From positions 13,898,698 to 13,962,697 of the forward strand of contig OZ037765.1 in assembly GCA_964035545.1 (NCBI GenBank): a DNA stretch of 64,000 nt. Direction: 5' to 3'. The position numbers were made by a program, and so were the translations under genes. This stretch comes from Bugula neritina (Eukaryota; Animalia; Bryozoa). How positions within the stretch are numbered: the stretch's first letter is position 1; each line of letters starts with the position of its first letter. Positions 49,049-61,922 of this stretch are shown here, in pieces. The notes beneath the pieces are model-generated. The model made no database searches, was not told where the DNA came from, and saw only the letters and a program-made list of their open reading frames with translations.

Positions 49049-52000
49049 ATGGAAAAACCACGTGAAGTAAGTTCTAAAATATTTGCATTTTGAAATTAAT
49101 ATTTCATTATTTGCTATTACTATAACTATTAGTGTTACAGTTACTATAACTATTAGCATTAATATAACTATAAGAATAAGTTTTTACTTTTAGTTTTACA
49201 GTTTTAGCTATACTTTTATATTATAATAATAAATATAATTATAATATTAATATTGATTATCATTAAATTTAATTATAAATTAGCATTATCATTATGATAA
49301 TGATATACATATTGATAAAATTAAATGATGTTCTATCCTATGACTATGAGTATGAGTATCACTATCAGTATCAGTATGAGTATGAGCATAAGCAATACAA
49401 TTAAAAATAACTACTGTAGCTAATGACACTCTTGTCTACCAAGAGATAGCCCAATAGTAATAGTAATACTAATTCTAATACTAATAGTAATAGTTATACT
49501 TATAGTAATATTATTATTAATAATACTAATACTAATAGTAATAGTAATACTAATAGAATTAGGGTGAGTGCCGAAGATTCCCATGTAGCCTAACCTAAAT
49601 CTAAATTCACTCGACTTAAAGTTAGAATTACAGTTTGAGTTACTGTTAGTGTTACTGTTACTCATACTGTTAGAGTTATTGTTTCAATTTCAGTTTGGTC
49701 AGGCAATTTAAATTTGTGACAATTAATACAGTCATTTCTCACCTTCTTGCCTCTCTCCGCCATTTCCTGATCGGGTGGCGGGCTTTTGGCTAACCGGGTA
49801 ACCCCCAGGTGAACCAGACTTTTCCATCTTACTCGGTCATTTGTGTCATTCTGGTATAGATCTAGCCAGCGGCGGTCAGCTTTGATTGTGTCACTCCACC
49901 GTTGTTTCGGCTGACCACGCCCTCTGCTTCCCTCTACCCTCATTTCATATACTCTCCTGAAATCGTCATCTTTCTCACGCCAGCAAACATGGCCATACCA
50001 CTCCAGCCTCTTTTTTCAAGACATCTCTGATTGGCAGAATATTAGCTTCTGTCGTTATTTCTTCATTTCTTTTGTGATCTTCTAAATTTATCCCAAGGCA
50101 GTACCTTAACGTGCGCATCTCGCAGGAGCTAACTTTGTCTACCAGAGTTCCTGTGACAGGCCAGGTCTCATCTCCGTATGTTAGAGTAGGACTAATGGCA
50201 GTCTTATATATGAAGACTTTTAAGTGTGTTGGCATTTTTCTGTCGCACAGTACTCCGCTTAAGTCGCGCCATTTGTTTCATGTCTTAGAGATGCGCAGCT
50301 CTACTTCTCTACGGCATCCTCCCTCCTGGTGGATGGTGGTACCTAGGTATTTGAACTGCGTGCTTCTAGCTAGTAGCTCTTTTTCTTCTGAACCGTACAT
50401 TTTCATCCAGATGTTGCCATCCTCACCTATCGGTGGCAGATATTCTGTCTTTGATCTACTTATTCTGAGTCCAACACTTTCCATCCTCTCTCTCTCCATA
50501 CTTCCAATATTTTTTTCTAGATGTTCACGGTTACTGTCACATAACACTAGATCATCGGCAAATAACATAGCCCATAGTGTACCTTCTTCAATGCTCTCAG
50601 CAATTACATCCATAATGATGATGAAGAGTGGTGGACTCAAGGCAGATTCTTGGTGTAAACCAACCAATATTTCTATGGCCTCTGTGCTCCCAGTGGTTGT
50701 TCTAATTTGAGTTTGACAGTTCTTATACATATCTTGGATGGTCATGATGCACCTTTCAGGCACCTCTTTTTTGAGGCAGTACCAGATCAAGTTCCTTGAA
50801 ATGGTGTCGTAGGCCTTTTCTAGGTCTACGAACACCATGTGCAGGTTTCTGTTGAACTCCCTAAATCTTTCTTGTAATATTCGTAAACAGAACATTGGCT
50901 CAGTAGTTGATCTTCCTTTCTGGACGCCGTATTGATTTTTCTTGATGTTGACAATCGCCCCAAGTCTTGCTTCAATCACTCGTTCTAAAATTTTCAGGCA
51001 GTGGCTGAGGAGTTTGATACCGCGGTAGTTTCCGACATCAGCAAGTCTCCTTTCTGCTTGAATAGTGGTGTTATCACGCGTTTTCTTCATTCATTGGGTA
51101 TGCCGTCTCTCAACATCTCTCGCCGGCAAGATGTTATCCAGTTTATTCCTCTCTCTTTAAGCAGTTTGATTAGGTCAATTGGGAGCTCATCCCGTCCGAC
51201 AGACTTGTTCTTCATTTTCTCTAGCTGCTGCACAACCTCTGTTGTTTGAAGTTCTTGGATTGTGCCTTCAATTGGTGGTACTGTAGCAAGCTCTTTCCTG
51301 GTGTTTTCGGTATTCAAAAGAGCATCGAAATAGTTCCTCCACCTGTCTTTCACTTTAGTGTCATCACTCAGGATATATCCATTTTCATCTTTCACCAAGG
51401 CGAGTTTGTCTATGTCTTTGGACCTCCGCTGTCTGGTTTTAGCCAAACGGTGAATCAACTTTGGACCATTTACAGCTAGCTCCGTGTACAGATTCTCATT
51501 TGCAGCATCAAGTGCAAGCCTACACTTTTCTTTACATATCTTGTTACCGTTCCTGTATATCTCTCGATCCTCCTGTCTCAGATCGCTTCCACATTTTCCA
51601 TGCTTGTTTCTTCCTCTTAACTGCTTTTTTTACTTCTTCGTTTCACCATCAGGATTCAAGGTAATTTCCTGGGGTTGATTCACCAAGCACTTCTCTAGCG
51701 GTCAATCACTATGGGGAAAGTCTCTTCCCAGCCTACTTTCTCCCTCTCTGCAAGTTCTTCGAGCTTTTCTGCCAGCCTCTGTATTAGTTCTTCTTCTTCT
51801 TGTTCTCGCAGTTTCCACCAGCTAATTCATTTCTTGCGCTTTCTTCTCTTCCGCTTTTTTTTTTCAACAACAATATCCACAACTGGTAGCCTGTGTTGTG
51901 CTGTTACACATTTTCCTGGGATAACTTTGAAATCCTTAACTTTTCCGAGTTTTTCTCTCCTCACTGTGACGCAGTCTATTACAGTCTGGCTCTGTCTACT

Positions 52001-55000
52001 CTGAAAGGTGTATGTCTGGGCATCGCTCTTACTGAAAAATGTGTTAACCAAAGCCAAATCGCACAATTTAGCAAAATTTAGAATCTTTTCACCGTCTGCA
52101 TTGATTATTCCTCGTTAACCTCGCTCGCATACTTTTCACAGGGTCAGCAAGATCATCTAACCTCTGTGCATCGCTTATCACGGGAATGCCCTAGCATGGT
52201 CTGGTTCTCTTTGGTTGTCTGGCATAATAGTTTGAGGCATAGTTTTTTCCGGCCGGATGCTCTTCCTGTCGCCGAACCCTCTGTCTTTATTTGGGCTTGG
52301 GACCGGCTAAGTTTTACACTGGCTTGTGCACTCCTCAGGCAATATAATTAATACAGTCATTTATTTGCAAAAGTTTAATAGCTCATTCAGACCCGAATTC
52401 ACATTCGCTGGGTCCGGAATCCCAAAGTACACAAAAACTTAACTATCATTGTTTTAATTAGATACTAAATAAAAAAGCAGTAAATGTAATATTGTAACTC
52501 TTATTACCAAACAAAGGTGGTCTTGAACTTTTGCAAATGACTGTAATTGTACATATGTTTTTTTTGTCTTTGTTACCTATTATGGTAACTGCTGTTTTGG
52601 CATTGTGTTTGTTTTTAATTACATACTTCACAGTGTTGGATTGTGTTTTAAAATTAAATACGTCTATAAATTCTCAACTGCATCAGTGAAAGTTTGACCC
52701 AAACTGCTACACTATTTTCCTTCTAAAGATTTTGGCAAACGATTTTAGCCTCATGACAACATGTCAACATTTAAATTATTATTTTCAGTTATAAACAGCC
52801 TAAATAATAATATTCAATGTTAATTTAGAAAAAATAAAGCCACAGGGACCAGCTTTTAAAATGCTGATATCAACCCGCTACGGTAGATACTTGCAATTAC
52901 TTACCTATTATTTTCTAATTTCTATTAAGTCAATATAAATATTTAAATTGACATAGTGTACATGTTAACTTAAATACTTGTAAGTCAACTTCAATTTACT
53001 CAAGTCAATACTTTAATTGGTTTTGTTTTCTATTTGAGCCGTGCTTTAACTTAGTTAAATGTCCAGTATCTAAATAACTAATGAGCAATTACAATTATTA
53101 TTTGTTATTGTTATGGTTATGATACCATTATTAATTCAATCTAATAGCTCCTTCTAATGCTTTTCTAAATTTAACAAATCAGTGAAGGGTCAGCCAAAAA
53201 AGAAAGGATTAACTTAGTTTGTGGGTATTGTATAATAATAGTTAATATGCAACTGGTTGATGTAATTCTAAATATGTTGACTATATTGATTAATATAAGT
53301 CAAATTTAAATTAGGAATCAAATTGTAGAAGAGTTATTAGATTTCAGTCATTCTCAAAACAATTAGTTCCTAAAATTATGGTTTGTAGACATTAGATGCA
53401 TTAGAAGGAAATAGCTTCATAGTTCAAGTTATTTAATATTAAAGTGTTTAATGCTTAGTACTATAGTCTTATTTAATAAGTTCAATAATGTTATAAGGGT
53501 ATTTATTCAATATAAACATTACATAATTTCAATACTTCTTTTGCAACATAAAACTTTCTCTTCCGTTTTGTTAATATGAATAAAATATTAAATGTCAAAC
53601 TTTGAGGCTAAATTATTTTTCATAAACACAAGGATTGAAAGGCTGACTTGACAATTGTTATGATTTTTGTTTTAGATGTAAATATTCACGAGCAGCACCC
53701 AAGATGATCAGTTTTTAGTCCCTAAACTAGGTTGTACTTTGCAGTAGACAGCATTAATTTACTGTTCACTTTTTATACAACAGGTCCTGTGGTCAACGGA
53801 ATCATCTGGTCAGCTGTGGAATACTTGTGTGTGGGATCTGCATTCTTGCTCTGTGGAACATGTGTTTAAGGGAGGAATTTCAGCTGCTAAATCTTTATGT
53901 ATCGTCAACAACAGCATTCTCTTAAGTGCCGAAAAGGACAAACCTTTGCTTCACAATTGGATTTTAAAGAGAAGAGTATGTATTAGTCTATCTATGTAAT
54001 ACACAATTATCAGATAGTTGTACTCTTGTTCGGAGTTGGTTTTTAACCAGATTTGTTTTAAAGTCATCGCAAGTCCAGCAAAGTCCATGGCTAGCCATCT
54101 GGCATGGCATGGCAAAAGTCAATATGCATCAATCTGAATAAAATTGTAGGTTTTTTGGAAGTTGCCAATAGCAACTCATTTAAACATTTATATAGGAATT
54201 GGGTCATTTTACTTAATTTAGTACACACTGGAAATCTCCAGTTTTTAGCTATTTTTCACAAATTAGCTGCTAATGAACATGGGATTTTGCTCAAAACTAG
54301 TAAAATATCAATAAATACACCTAAGTAATCAAGGTTCTTGATTTTGCTTGATTTCCCATGGTTTTTCTTATTTATTTAGCTAATTAGGGGTGCGGACGTT
54401 ACGAAAAAACCGTAGCGGTCAACAATCGAAAGTAGCTGAATAATTAGGAAAAAACATGGGAAATCAAGCAAAATTAACAAGAAACTTGATTATTTAAGTG
54501 TATTCATTCATATTTTACTAGTTTTGAGCAAAATACCATGTTCATTAGCAGCAAATTTGTGAAAAATAGCTAAAAACTGGAGATTTCCAGTGTGTACTAA
54601 ACTAAGTAAAATGACCCGATTGTAAATAATTGTCAAAAATAATTAGTAAATATAATTTGTTGCAGGATAGTAAGCAAAACCGTATAATACTACCTGGAAA
54701 AGTTACGGCTGCAGTTACTACTAAAGATGGACATTACTATATAGCAGCTATTGGTCAAAACCTGCATATATGGGAGGTAAAAAGACTGTTCATTATTGAA
54801 ATGATTTCAGATACTGTCCGAGAAGCATTGTTCAGATTGAAATGAAATTGCTATATAAACTGCCTAATTTGTTATAATACTTTTATAGTTAAACAGTGGA
54901 AGGTTATTGGCTCTGGTTTCAGCCCATTATCAACCTATCAGATGTGTTTGCGTTACAGAAGATGGTTCTAGCATTATAACTGGGGGAGATGATGCTATTG

Positions 55001-58000
55001 TTCATTGCTGGTCATTTAGTAGGTAAGTTTGCTGGTATCTTTAGTGTCTCTCTAATATTAGTATCTATGCCAAATTTTCACCTTATTTTACCCAATCCGT
55101 AGTTTAAAGAGTTCTGAATAGCTGTTGGTGAAGATACTAATCTAGTCAGCTTGCGTGTTTATTTTAAATCTTTTGATTGCCTAAAAACTAAGCAGTTGAA
55201 AATATTTCATTTCTCGCTGAGTTCTGCAATAAAAACTCACACAAGTTTATAGTCACCATCCCTGTGAGAAAACCGCTGATGGGAAGGTTTTTTGTTAAAT
55301 CAGGCTAAGGACTTATTCATATGTGGCACAGGCGCAATTATGACTGGATGCTCTTCCTAACATCACCAATGGCCGCTGCCTGGGCTTACTAGGAAAGCGC
55401 TCTAAAGTCTAACCCCTAGACCACGGCTGCTCCCTTCACTGAATTCTGCAATGCCTAGTAGAATTAGCATATTATTTATTGTGTTGAATAGTCTGGTGGA
55501 TGGAGCAAGAAATGTAGCTCAGAATACTCCTACTTGGTCCTTCTCAAATCATAGCTTACCAGTCACAGATATCTGTGTTGACTCTTTTGGAGCTAAGTCT
55601 AGAGTATTTACCATATCTGCTGATCAAACGTGTAGGGTAAGTTAAACATTTGTTTCTGTTACTTACATTCTAAAAATAAACTAACCGTATTATTGTGTAA
55701 TAAAAAAGAGTAGTGGTTGTTTTAGTATTGTATGTGAATGAAGCAACTCATCAATGGTTTATATACATCAACTTGCATATTCATCAATAGAAGTCGCAAT
55801 AAAAGGCATAAAAATGTTCTATTTCAATTAATATTTAAGTTTTATAAATTGAATTGAAGTTTTGTGTTACGGCATTATAAATCTGTCATTGTAGTTGTGT
55901 GTGCACAGAATTATATGTGTGAATTATTTCCTGTATTTTTATTTCTACATAATTTGCTAGAACATTTTCATTTTTGATCGGGTGTTGTAAAAGCAAGATA
56001 GGAAAATGAAGTGTTGAAAAATGTTGAAAATAATTATGAACTGATGTATTTTCACTATGTAGCTTAGGCAAATTTAATTACTACCTTTCTAATCGTTTCA
56101 TATAGCATGGTTTACTTTACTCTAATTTTTTCTATCAAGTTTAGCAGGTAGCTTTAAATTAATTTTTTTTTTAATTTTTGAAAGGGTTTTAATCTTTAAA
56201 CAATTTTTTATTTAACCCTTCCTGAATCTCAAGTAATATAAACTGTTCAGTTGTTAGTTTTAGCATGCAGAAAATACTTTATTTGTGGGAACTAATATCT
56301 ATCTTTCTTAATGTGACCTGTAAGCAAAATATGTGTAACAGACATTATTATTTAGTCTATAGTACACTTCCAGTGCCATTTAGGCTAAGGCCACACGACT
56401 CAGATTCCTCTAGTGGACTACATGCCGAAAATTCGTATAGCCCAAGAATAGGCTGCTGTGTGCAGATTTTCATGCAGATAACATGCTGAGCAGAGAGTGC
56501 AGAAAGCTCGTTTGATCTAATTGGCTGGTTTCCGTTAGCGAGCACACTTTTTTTAATTTCATTTTGCGTTTTGATTTTTATCAAACTGAATTAAAACAGT
56601 TTCATGTAGTTTGCATTTTCCGCTTTTATAATATCTGAAGGCACTTAGCCGGTGACTTAGATTTAAAAACAAACGCCTGTAGGTGAGCAGTAAAGTTAAA
56701 CTCTAAGATTATTAGCTAATAAATTTGCGCACCCACAACCAACGCATTGTGTGTGACAGGTTGTTCCTGCAACGGATTTGCAAGAATTTGGACCCGCATG
56801 CAGAAAATCCTCGTCGTGTGGCCCTAGCCTTAAACTATTTTTCAGTAGCTACAGGTGTGCTTTGTGCCTGGAGAAAGGACAACTCTCATTGATTATAGAG
56901 AAAGATATTCTGTTTTGTTTATCTTAGTAGCTTGAAAACATAAATCTAAGATTTCAAAAAAATTCAAATATAGTAAGGCTCTCATTTAGTCCAATTTCTT
57001 AATACTATTAAACAATAATTTCTAATGGTTTTGTTTCAGTTGTATGACATATCTACTTCGGAACAGCTAGCAACTTTTGTCTTTGACACTGGATTATCGC
57101 AAGTGACTTCACACACGGCCCAGTCTACATTCTATGTTGGCACTCTCATAGGCCACATATACAGAGTCAGCCTATATCCTGCGGTAATCTCTCTCTCTAT
57201 TGTATTGTCCTTCTGTCTATCTTCTAGTCTTACCCGTTGAGTTCCTCCTATGCCTACACTACCAGAATAATCAACATAAATATGACCCTCTGGGAGTTGT
57301 GCTGAGTAGAGCACTGTTGCCTTGACTGAGTTGTATTTTCGGTTTTATTAGTTGAACATAGAGGAGAACAACTTTCAAACACTACTAAAATAAACATTTT
57401 CATTGTTTTTGTAGTCCATGAAATCAGAATATCACGTTTCAACCAGCACAGATACAAATCTCTTGGTTTTCAGTGGTCATAGGTAAGTAAACTATAACAG
57501 TTATCACACTACCCATGTATACATGACTGTTTTTCTACATTATAGTATTGTTTGTATCGTTGTGCTGTGTTTACAGTGCTGAAGTAACTTGCCTGGTGCT
57601 CAATATAGACGGGTCCATTCTTGCCTCTGGATCCAAGGATATGTCCGTTAAGTTGTGGCACACATCCTCTGGTCAATGTATACGAACCCTCCCTCATAAA
57701 GGTGACTCACAAATCTAGACTTTGCTTAACCTAGAAAATGTTTGATATTTCTGTAATTTGATAAGTTCTTCTTTGTACCTGCATGGCTGTTATTTCCTGT
57801 ATATTTATAGGTTCTATAACTAATTTGTTGATTACTTCATATCCAAGCCAGCTTAGCTCAGAACTGTTATCGCCGGTTGCTGGTTTGAAACAACTTGAAA
57901 GGCATCTTCACGGGAATAACGATGTTGATGGAACAGTTGAGGTCACCATCCCTGACACTCAATCTCAGGTACTTGCTGTATTCTCTAGGCAACTCGTTCC

Positions 58001-59177
58001 TTTGTTTGCCTCCTTGAAAAATTAAAGATTGCATAGAATTTCTACCAAAAGTTATTGTTGTTGGTTATGCATGTTTTATCTGCACAACAGATTGAATCAA
58101 TTTTAGGTGGCATTAAATTCTTAGGTTTTAGCTGTTTCAGTACTAGTGTTATATTCATAGCTGCTTGCATAGTTTAGACTAAAGTTTTACACCCAGAGAT
58201 TATTTATTCAATATTATCAAGCCCATATTATAGCCTCATTCTATGACAGTTCTGCTGAAACTCATCAATGCACGTACATTGTTCTTATGCTTGCACTGAT
58301 TCTTAGTCTTTGGAAAAAAGTACAACTATATTAAAATATTTTGCATCACAAGCTTGCTACATTTTTTAAAATAGGTTATGTAACTTGTAAGGCTGAAAAG
58401 TAATGCAAAATTATCACATCACTTATTGGATGTAGGAAAATAGTTATTTAATATATCCAACCGTCTCAAGGTTATTGGTTGAATGCAGTATAATTAGTTT
58501 CTTCAAGATGAGAACTTTGATGAATGAATGCTATTATAGAGCATTCTGTATAGATAGGATGTACTTTCTTAATTAGTAGACGTGACTGTTAATATATTAT
58601 GTACTCAATTATTGGTCTTCTCTGCAGACTAATCAATATCATTGCATTTAAACTTGGTGAGATTGCATCATCACCTAACTTAATTGCTGCTTGAAGTTTT
58701 TTCCTGCTTGAAAAAACAAACATTTTCTGTTTTGTATGAAGCTATAACTTGCCACTCTTGTACTTAGCATCTACTTCTTCATTACTTGGACCTTTTAAGA
58801 TCTTGAATCTGTTAACTGCTACAAGCCATAAAGTTGTTAGCTTCAGCGTAGACTTAGTAGGTGTGTAGATTTCTCTGGGAAGGAACATTTTCTGTTCATT
58901 GTAACAGCTGGAAACTTGAGTATAGTTGTCTTCTTGTGTTTGGTTTCAGGAGGAGCAAGATATCTTATTCTGTCGGCAACAAGCTTCATCAGTCTATCAG
59001 CTCAGCGCTGCCGATAGACTGACCTTCAGTCGTACTGGCCAGTTACCAGAAAGTTCAAAACCCCAGTCAGCTACTCAACAGCTGGAGACGAAACTGTTTC
59101 AAACAGAAATGAAGTTGTCAAATGCTTTGACTGCAAACAAAGAATTGTATCAGTTTTGTATTTCAAAGCAAGTTTGA
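49049..59177 (+). CDS. WDR18: WD repeat-containing protein 18 (Ipi3 homologue, rixosome subunit)
   Basis: Micro first exon ATGGAAAAACCACGTGAA|GTAAGT (MEKPRE, 49049-49066) splices in frame to VLWSTESSGQLWNTCVWDLHS (53784); HIWELNSGRLL..SAHYQ, ITGGDD, HSLPVTD, SADQTCR, GHR, C-terminal NKELYQF; later exons start near 54666, 54889, 55491, 57040, 57362, 57576, 57811, 58950. Confidence 0.9.
49100..49700. repeat. Low-complexity AGT/ACT/AAT tract at the start of WDR18 intron 1
   Basis: Begins about 40 bp after the exon-1 donor. Confidence 0.7.
49738..52345 (-). mobile_element. RTE-clade LINE with intact ends, internal deletion and frameshifts (antisense in WDR18 intron 1)
   Basis: Perfect 17-bp TSD AATTAATACAGTCATTT (49721-49737, 52346-52362); NYRGIKLLSH, FVDLEKAYD, LFADD, FKYLG, RGRGQPKQRW; only the C-terminal part of the endonuclease is present. 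Confidence 0.95.
52272..52345 (-). ncRNA. Twister ribozyme (3' cleavage product, P1-type) at the RTE 5' end
   Basis: Minus strand A-TATT-GC-CTGAG...CTTAG-CCGGTCCCAAGCCC-AA-ATAAA-GACA-GAGGG matches the twister core CCGGUCCCAAGCCCGGAUAAA-NNNN-GAGGG. Confidence 0.8.
54197..54621. mobile_element. Foldback MITE with about 185-bp inverted arms in a WDR18 intron
   Basis: GGGTCATTTTACTTAATTTAGTACACACTGGAAATCTCCAG... mirrored at about 54434-54621; about 50-bp spacer. Confidence 0.88.
55231..55434 (-). mobile_element. tRNA-derived SINE, copy 3 (WDR18 intron)
   Basis: Head GGGAGCAGCCGTGGTCTAGGGG; imperfect long TSD TCGCTGAGTTCTGCAAT / TCACTGAATTCTGCAAT. Confidence 0.88.
56383..56829. mobile_element. 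PIF/Harbinger-like MITE
   Basis: TIRs GGCTAAGGCCACACGAC / GTCGTGTGGCCCTAGCC with TTA TSD on both sides. Confidence 0.8.
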
Positions 59178-60405
59178 TTGTTGTAAGGCCAGTTTAAGTG
59201 GGTTGAGAAGTTTGTTTATATTCTAGCTGTAATTACATTAGATGTTAGTTATATTTAGCTAATCAATTTTCACACTGCATCATAACAGAATAGTATTTAC
59301 ATCTAACTGTAATGATTATTTATGGACAGATTGTATGTGGTCTTTACATATACTTGTTTCATTTGTTGAATAATTGTTGTATTTTAAATAATTATCGCAT
59401 CGTGTTTCACCAGTCACTTCATGTCTTGGATAGTATGCAAGGCTTAGAAAAGCAAGTTGTTTAAAATATTATGCTGAAATAAAAAACTTTTGCCAAACTG
59501 TTTAGTTATGTTGATGTTCAAAATAGTATTGTAAATTCTTGCTGTTACTGCTTTACAAGATGTAGATATGATGTGAGACTGTTACTTGAGCTTTAACTTT
59601 GTGTCAAATGAAAGTCTGTAAGTTGTTATTCCAAGACTCTGAAAAATGATTACAAACAAAGAATGTAATATAGAGGATTTGTATGTAACCTGGGAGTCCC
59701 TCAAAGCTTCACTAATTCACCTATAAAATAAATACATGCTTTTCATAGTACATCTATAACAGCAATAGCTGTACAGACAGTAAAGGCTAGAACTTTATTA
59801 TTTTGTTGGTAAACAAAGTTTACACTATGATAGTAGCAATGAGCCAATGTAGGAACCAGAAGTGTTATTGATGAGCTTCATTTTTGTCATAAACCTAAAA
59901 GAAACTAAATGCATGTATGATATTAAGAGGGTATTTCAAGTTTGCCCAAGTTGTTTTATTTTATTTTATTTTTATTTTGATTTCATAAATAGATTTAATG
60001 AGAAAGTAGGAAAAAATATGGGGTATCACATCGAACTCAATAATATATTCCAGCTCAGTGGGGTATCACTCAAAAAGAGGTAATGGTGGGCCCATTTATT
60101 CGCCAATAGCAAAGCTAGTTGAGGTGAATACCCAATCAAACTAATCTTACACCAGTCCTGAATGCCTTGGAATCAGAGTAGGAAGTAATTGTTAATGTAT
60201 GCATGTTTCAGATTTTTTGTTTGTTTTATTCTTTCTTGTGTTTTATTTCATTGGAAAAATTATTGGCCTCGCATACCATTGCTCAAAATATTTGATGAAT
60301 GTTTAAATGAAGGAATTTATCTCACAAATTCAAGTGATGTCAGCTAGAATTGCCTTCATGGAATGAAATAGTTTAAACCCACATCTCTTGAAGTCTACTA
60401 GTAAA

Positions 60406-61922
60406 ATGGGCCGCCACTATGATGGTCCCTGTGACAACTCAGAGCCGAGGAACAACCGGGCAGCGTGTAGGCCGGCTGCTGATCCCTTCAAAGACTTGTG
60501 CCCTGCGGGAAGCTATGCTGCCAAGGTTTGCGGGACTCCCATAAAAAAGTCAATGAGCTTCTTAACTAGTCAAGAACTATTTAGTTATAAAGCTATTCCA
60601 TTTGCTGCTGCTGTAACGTATTTAGCAACATCGGTAGGCACCACTGCTTGCCAGGAAACCTTTGTGCAGTAAGTTGACCGATACAGGGTATAACTATATT
60701 ATATGTATATAGTTGAATTTTGCTTATCATAAGACATAGGCTATTGTGCTGGTCATTTAATATATTCATGGAATTAACTTGAGTTGGGTGAAATTGACAA
60801 CTCCATGCTGTTCTATTATTAACTTGCCATGTGGACTATGCTCACCACAGGTTATTTCAGAGGTTATATATTTCTTAATAATTAAGTACATGAAACAACA
60901 TTGGTATAGCTCCTAGACTGAGAAACTGCTAGGTTGTATATCTGCTTCAAATGCAAAGCTTTCTGCACGATAGTTTCTAACTATATATGGCTGCAATTCC
61001 ACTACAGTTACTTTCTTATAAAATGTAGCAATGTAAAAGTTGACAAAACAAGGTGTAGCTAATAAATTAGAGTTTTTGTACTTGTAGAAAGCATGCATTA
61101 GATCTACCTGGATATATGTGTTAAAAGTAATACAGTACACTTGTTACTAATCTATATAAATATCTGAGAGAATATTATTTTTTTGCAATATGTATACCCA
61201 CATAGATGCTCAAAGTGTAAATTCAGCAGGTTGTAATAATTTCAACTTACTTTCCACATTTGAATTTTCAAGCATTAATTGAAAAATGGTACGGAAACAA
61301 ATACCGTCTGTGCCAGATATTATAGCTTTAGCAGCTGCTAAATAGGATTTTAATTTTTTTATTTGGTAAACATTTTGTGGTAAAACTTTCAAGTTAGTTT
61401 AAATTTGCAGAGAGGTAGGTAGAGCTCTGATCTCTCACAGAGTGTACAGCTATTGCATGTCAAACCATAGCTACAAGTTTCATATAACTGTGCAGTTACC
61501 TACTTCCTTTAAAAAACTCTTACGTAGGCTTTTTTTATTTTTCTATCTGACTTTTTACAATATCTAGCGACTATGCACGTTGCATATAACGGTTTTTTGT
61601 TCCATGTAGATGGTTTAGATCTGAGTATTCCGCTGTCACTATCAACAATGTGCTCACTGCCTCCTCTTTCACCGGAATAGCATGTTACGTGTATGGCAGA
61701 AGACATATTAGACATTCCGGATCTTTCCAGAGAATCATCTACCCCATTTTTACTTCTGCATTCTTCAACATGGCTTCACACTTCCATTGGGCATTTATAA
61801 AAGAGCTTTTTAATGACCAAGATTGCTTTGATTACCACTGGAGAGCTGTGTTTGGTGTTATGAGTGGTATATTCTTCTTGTACACTGGTCGCAGCTATCT
61901 GAAGTTTATTGATCATTGGTAA
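60406..61922 (+). CDS. Uncharacterised multi-pass membrane protein, copy B (exons 60406-60668, 61610-61922)
   Basis: KKSMSFLTSQELFSYKAIP...QETFVQ|WFRSEY...GRRHIRHSGSFQRIIYP...SYLKFIDHW*; same phase-2 intron as copy A. Confidence 0.87.

Noticed and set aside
50111-50710. 199-aa plus-strand ORF
   Set aside because: Antisense to the RTE reverse transcriptase
53676-53730. Candidate WDR18 start exon (AG|ATGTAA... AAGATGATCAG)
   Set aside because: ATGs are followed by stops or give the wrong phase; the MEKPRE exon at 49049 fits in frame
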